This document shows positions 54,141-64,000 of a stretch of 64,000 nucleotides of DNA, one piece after another. How positions within the stretch are numbered: the stretch's first letter is position 1; every line of letters begins with the position of its first letter. The notes below the pieces were generated by a model. It was not told the DNA's origin. It made no database searches and saw only the letters and a list, made by a program, of their open reading frames with translations. Source of the DNA: the human T2T-CHM13v2.0 reference genome, Homo sapiens. Made by a program: the position numbers and the translations under genes. The stretch lies in NCBI GenBank assembly GCA_009914755.4, contig CP086569.2:10080001-10144000 (forward strand), in the 5' to 3' direction.

Positions 54141-54551
54141 CCAACAAAGGAACTGAACAAGCAATTTTTAGAATGGGACACCAGGGAACCACTACCAGGG
54201 GACCTAGGAAATGGAAGAATTCATTAGATGAAGAAGACTACAATCAAAGAATACTGCTAGGAACTGTTAGAATTATTAAGGGGAATTCTCTAGCAAACAC
54301 AGGATTAAAAGTAATGTTGGCCTCACTCTAATAACTTATTTCACCTGCAATGAGAAGCTCAAGTATTTCTTTACCATAAATCTGAAATGTAGTTAGTGAT
54401 ATATAAACCATAATAAAAGGTATCAGTCTGAATTATGCCCATGTATGTGTCACTCCTCTTTCGTTCGATGAAGTTAAAGTTAAGCATTCAAGTAAAATAG
54501 CTTATTTTTAGTCATACGAAAAATACTGTCTTTCTCTCTGGTAGCACTTAC

Positions 54552-54672
54552 CTTGGCCTCCCATCCAACTACTGCTTCTTGCCACAGCAGGAGCAGATTT
54601 TGTAGGAGGAGGACCTCCACTTCTTGAAGGTGGACCGCTTTTAACTGGAATGTGCCCCCTAGAAGAACTCAT
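54552..54672 (-). other. Isolated exon-like ORF with a canonical donor. It encodes [40 protein letters not shown] and then GTAAGT.
   Basis: On the minus strand it reads ATGAGTTCTTCTAGGGGGCAC...TGGATGGGAGGCCAAG|GTAAGTGCTACC. The ATG is at 54672-54670. The donor (CAAG|GTAAGT) is a perfect complement to the U1 snRNA 5' end. There is no matching upstream promoter or CpG island and no downstream exon in the window. Confidence 0.2.
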
Positions 54673-55562
54673 GTTGAGATCAAGAGTTTATCCACCATCA
54701 TCTGTATTTCAAACAAAATCTTTTTAGTTGACTAACATCACTGTTTCTTAAATAGCTAAGTTTTAGTTGTTTATAAAGATTTTCTACATATTATAATCTT
54801 ACAAATTCACATTTGTCTAAACTAATAAAATTAACATTTTTATATGAAATAAGTACAATTCAAGCAATAAAAGTCCATTTAGAAAATCTAGAAAGAAACA
54901 CAAGAATCATAATATGTTTGCGTGAGAGAGAGATGTGGAAAAAGTGGGGAGTGAACAGGGAGCAGAAAACTATCAGTAAAATATCTAAGTATAATATATA
55001 TAAAAACATTGAAAGAAAAATGATAAATGACTGTTTATATCATTCTCTTATGAGGAAAAATTTTCAAAGCATATCATAAAGATAAACTAAATTCCATTCA
55101 AAGAAACTCAGATATTTACAATATCAAAAGGTGACACATCAGGAAAATATATTATCTCTAAAATTTGTTAACATAATATTGAATTCTTACAATTCCCTTA
55201 TGAAACACTAATTTTCAGGTTAGACTATGCTAAATATTAATAATCTTTAAGAATTCCATATTAAATAATATGAAAAAATATTTTTATATATCTACAAAAA
55301 ATGTAGATATATGCCAATTGCCAGGCAGTGTTACAGGTTAGAATATGCACATTCTTATCCACGGCAGAATATTATTGAACCTCACCCTCAAGACCAATGG
55401 AGACAAAATAATCATGAAGCTGTGTTTCTTAAAATGGAGCAAACACTGCAATTTCAACTTTAAAAAACATCTCCCATTAATTAAAAATCTGGTTACTAAA
55501 CTCAAAATTAAATGATATATATTTGAAGGTTGATTAGTAGATAATAAAAGTTTAAAAATGGA

Positions 55563-55720
55563 TTTATTATTTATTGAGATGGACTCTTGCCATATCCCAC
55601 AGGCTTGAGTGCAAAGTCGTGACCTTGGCTCACTGCAGCTTCCACCTGCCAGTTTTCAGTGATTCTCCTGCCTCAGTCTCCCGAGTACCTGGGATTAGAG
55701 GTGGAAATCACCACACCAGA
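55563..55720 (-). mobile_element. Partial Alu (right arm) abutting the minisatellite
   Basis: 'gagatggactcttgccatatcccacaggcttgagtgcaaagtcgtgaccttggctcactgcagcttccacctgcc...ctcagtctcccgagtacctgggattagaggtg'. Confidence 0.8.
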
Positions 55721-56486
55721 TATATCTATATCAATATCTATCTATATATATAATATGTTTATATTATATATAAATACATGAAATATATTTATTTCTATAT
55801 ATAAATACATGAAATATATATATTTTCATACATAAATACATGAAATATATATATTTTCATATATGAATACATGAAATATATTTATTTTCATATATGAATA
55901 CATGAAATATATTTATTTTCATATATGAATACATGAAATATATTTATTTTCATATATGAATACATGAAATATATTTATTTTCATATATAAATATATAATA
56001 TATTTATTTTCATATATAAATATAAATATATTTATTTTCATATATAAATATAAATATATTTATTTTCATATATAAATATATATTTATTTTCATATATAAA
56101 TATATAATATATTTATTTTCATATATAAATATATAATATATTTATTTTCATATATAAATATATAATATATTTATTTTCATATATAAATATATAATATATT
56201 TATTTTTATACATAAATATATATTTATTTTTATACATAAATATATTATATATTTGTTTTTATATATAAATATATTATATATTTGTTTTTATATATAAATA
56301 TATTATATATTTGTTTTTATATATAAATATATTATATATTTGTTTTTATATATAAATATATAATATATTTATTTTTATACAAATATATAATATATTTATT
56401 TTATATTTATATATAAATATATATTTATTTTTATATAAATATATAATATATTTATTTTTATATATAAATACGTTATATATATATAT
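55721..56486. repeat. AT-rich minisatellite, left part. The unit is about 29-31 bp, for example 'atatatgaatacatgaaatatatttattttc' and 'atataaatatataatatatttattttc', with about 25 copies.
   Basis: 'atttatttt' recurs with a 29-31 bp spacing from about 55790 to 56480. Several sub-variants of the unit are present. Confidence 0.9.
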
Positions 56487-59399
<2,913 letters not shown>

Positions 59400-59800
59400 T
59401 ATTTTTATTTATTTTTATATATAAATATATAACATATTTATTTTTATATATAAGTATATAAAATACATTTATTTTTATATATAAGTATATAAAATACGTT
59501 TATCTTTATATAGAAATGCATAAAATATGTTTATCTGTATATAGAAATGAAAAAAGTACATTTATCTGTATATAGAAATGCATAAAATACGTTCATCTGT
59601 ATATAGAAATACATAAAATACGTTTATCTGTATATAGAAATACACAAAATATGTTTATCTGAATCTAGAAATACATAAAATACATTTATCTGTATATAGA
59701 AATACATAAAATATGTTAATCTGTATACAGAAATACATAAAATACCTTTATTTTATAAAGAAATATATAAAATTATAAATATATATACAATATATGGTTT
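59400..59800. repeat. AT-rich minisatellite, right part. It has the same family and orientation as 55721-56486, with units such as 'atatagaaatacataaaatacgtttatctgt'.
   Basis: The period is about 31 bp and it is homologous to the left part. The two parts flank the L1 insertion. Confidence 0.85.
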
Positions 59801-60295
59801 GATTTTCTTTTTTATGTAGAAATAACCCCTTATTTCTTTTGTGTAAATCACTCATGAATATCATTTTCAGAGACTCATCCTTCAGCAAAGAAAGATATAT
59901 AGATATGTGTGAAGCAGTAGTTCTTAGACATTTCCAGAGTCACAGACTGTTTTCAGAAATTAAAGTTCTACATTTCTTCAATTGAAAACGCTTTATGGCA
60001 AGCCAATGTACAAACTCTGTTTATCAAAATTACAAAGCGATTCATCTGCATAGATGTTTGCACAGGTATACACACATAAAAAATGAAATATTGAAAAATC
60101 AATCTTAAGTACTGAGTTACTTTTTTCCCATTTGAAAACTGTAAATATTCCATTGTATTTTGATAATAAAACTGATTTGAATTTCTGGGCCCTGGAGTAG
60201 AAAACTCTAAAGTATAATAAATATAAATGAGTTATGCAGAAAACCAGTTGAGTACAGGCAATCAGCATTCATAAAATCAATTCAGTTTGAAATCT

Positions 60296-62055
60296 GTGTT
60301 ATTTCTTGAAGGGATTTTCTGTCTCTATTTCCTTCAGTTCTGCTCTGATTTTAGTTATTTCTTGCCTTCTGATAGCTTTCGAATGTGTTTGCTCTTGCTT
60401 TTCTAGTTATTTTAATTGTGATGTTAGGGTGTCAATTTTGCATCTTTCCTGCTTTCTCTTGTGGGCATTTAGTGCTATAAATTTCCCTCTACACAGTGCT
60501 TTGAATGTGTCCCAGAGATTCTGGTATGTTGTGTCTTTGTTCTTGTTGGTTTCAAAGAACATCTTTATTTCTGCCTTCATTTCGTTATGTATCCAGTAGT
60601 CATTCAGGAGCAGGTTGTTCAGTTTCCATGTAGTTGAGCGGTTTCGAGTGAGTTTCTTAATCATGATTTCTAGTTTGATTGCACTGTGGTCTGAGAGACA
60701 GTTTGTTATAATTTCTGTTCTTTTACATTTGCTGAGGAGAGCTTTACTTCCAACTATGTGGTCAATTTTGGAATAGGTGTGGTGTGGTGCTGAAAAAAAA
60801 GTATATTCTGTTGACTTGGGGTGGAGAGTTCTGTAGATGTCTATTAGGTCTGCTTAGTGCAGAGCTGAGTTGAATTCCTGGGTATCCTTTTTAACTTTCT
60901 GTCTTGTTGATCTGTCTAATGTTGACAGTGGGGTGTTAAAGTGTCCCATTATTATTGTGTGGGAGTCTAAGTCTCTTTGTAGGTCACTCAGGACTTGCTT
61001 TATGAATCTGGGTGCTCCTGTATTGGGTGCATATATATTTAGGATAGTTGGCTCTTCTTGTTGAGTTGCTCCCTTTACCATTATATAATGGCCTTCTTTG
61101 TCTCTTTTGATCTTTGTTGGTTTAATGTCTGTTTTATCAGAGACTAGGATTGCAACCTCTGCTTTTTTTTATTTTCCATTTGCTTGGTAGCTCTTCCTCC
61201 ATCCTTTTATTTTGAGCCTATGTGTGTCTCTGCAGGTGAGATGGGTTTCCTGAATACAGCACACTGATGGGTCTTGACTCTTCATCCAATTTGCCAGTCT
61301 GTGTCTTTTAATTAGAGCATTTAGTCCATTTACATTTAAAGTTAATATTGTTATGTATGAATTTGATCCTGTCATTACGATGTTAGCTGGTTATTTCACT
61401 CGTTAGTTGATGCAGTTTCTTCCTAGCCTCAATGGTCTTTACAATTTGGTATGATTTTGCAGTGGCTGCTACTGGTTGTTCCTTTCCACATTTAGTGCTT
61501 CCTTCAGGATCTCTTTTAGGGCAGGCCTGGTGGTGACAAAATCTCTGAGCATTTGCTTGTGTGTAAAGTGTTTTATTTTCCCTTCACTTAGGAAGCTTAG
61601 TTTGGCTGAATATGAAATTCTGGGTTGAAAATTATTTTCTTTAAGAATGTTGAATATTGGCTCCCCCTCTCTTCTGACTTGTAGAGTTTCTGAGGAGAGA
61701 TCCACTGTTAGTCTGATGGCTTCCCTTTGTGGGTAACCTGTCCTTTCTCTCTGGCTGCCCTTAACATTTTTTCCTTCATTTCAACTTTGGTGAATCTGAC
61801 AATTATGTGTCTTGGAGTTGCTCTTCTTGAGGAGTATCTTTGTGGCATTCTCTGTATTTCCTGAATCTGAATGTTGGCCTGCCTTGCTAAAATGGGGAAG
61901 TTCTCCTGGATAATATCCTGCAGAGTGTTTTCCAACTTGGTTCCATTCTCCCCGTCACTTTTAGGTACACCAGTCAGATGCAGACTTGGTCTTTTCACAT
62001 AGTCTCATATTTCTTGGAGGCTTTGTTCATTTCTTTTTATTCTTTTTTCTCTAAA
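60296..62055 (-). mobile_element. Inverted 5' segment of a twin-primed L1PA. It runs from the ORF1 C-terminal half ('...[53 protein letters not shown]...') through ORF2 residues about 1-345 (the endonuclease domain).
   Basis: Minus-strand ORFs: 61708-61998 (ORF1), 61469-61705 (ORF1 C-terminus), 61169-61375 (ORF2 N-terminus 'MTGSNSYITILTLNVNGLN...'), 60854-61081 and 60407-60664 (ORF2 endonuclease domain, '...[43 protein letters not shown]'). Confidence 0.9.

Positions 62056-64000
<1,945 letters not shown>

Overview
This window is primate (catarrhine, very probably human) nuclear DNA. The evidence is Alu SINEs, young L1PA elements and an ERV9/LTR12 provirus. I find no prokaryotic-type features and no defence, CRISPR or biosynthetic system; I did not force one onto the sequence.

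The first half of the window (1 to about 31386) is a macrosatellite. It is a head-to-tail tandem array of a roughly 2.45-2.50 kb unit with at least 11 unit copies, and it runs off the 5' edge of the window. Every unit carries:
- a (GT)n microsatellite;
- A-rich tracts;
- a set of very well conserved blocks that look like short exons flanked by canonical splice-donor and splice-acceptor motifs;
- no reading frame conserved between units.

Several rearrangements mark the array:
- a 5'-truncated gammaretrovirus-like (ERV class I) provirus fragment on the minus strand, whose insertion site is flanked by a ~550 bp duplication of unit sequence;
- a twin-primed (5'-inverted) L1 carrying a young Alu;
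- intra-unit deletions;
- a recombined unit junction.

I cannot assign the family by memory. The 2.5 kb unit length fits the SST1-type macrosatellites. It is not D4Z4, MSR5p/TAF11L, DXZ4, rDNA or a snoRNA array.

The second half of the window is AT-rich and gene-poor. Its features are:
- a ~6.6 kb internally deleted ERV9 provirus with two LTR12 LTRs and a tRNA-Arg-like primer-binding site;
- an old ~1.1 kb local segmental duplication whose first copy hosts the provirus in place of 660 bp that the second copy retains;
- Alus, an old L1M 3' end with an internal 525 bp tandem duplication, and simple repeats;
- an AT-rich 29-31 bp minisatellite split by a 5'-truncated L1PA insertion that keeps a 742-codon open reading frame from ORF2;
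- a second, twin-primed L1PA that runs off the 3' edge of the window.

No confident cellular protein-coding gene is present. The only candidate is a single isolated exon-like ORF with a perfect GTAAGT donor at 54552-54672 on the minus strand.
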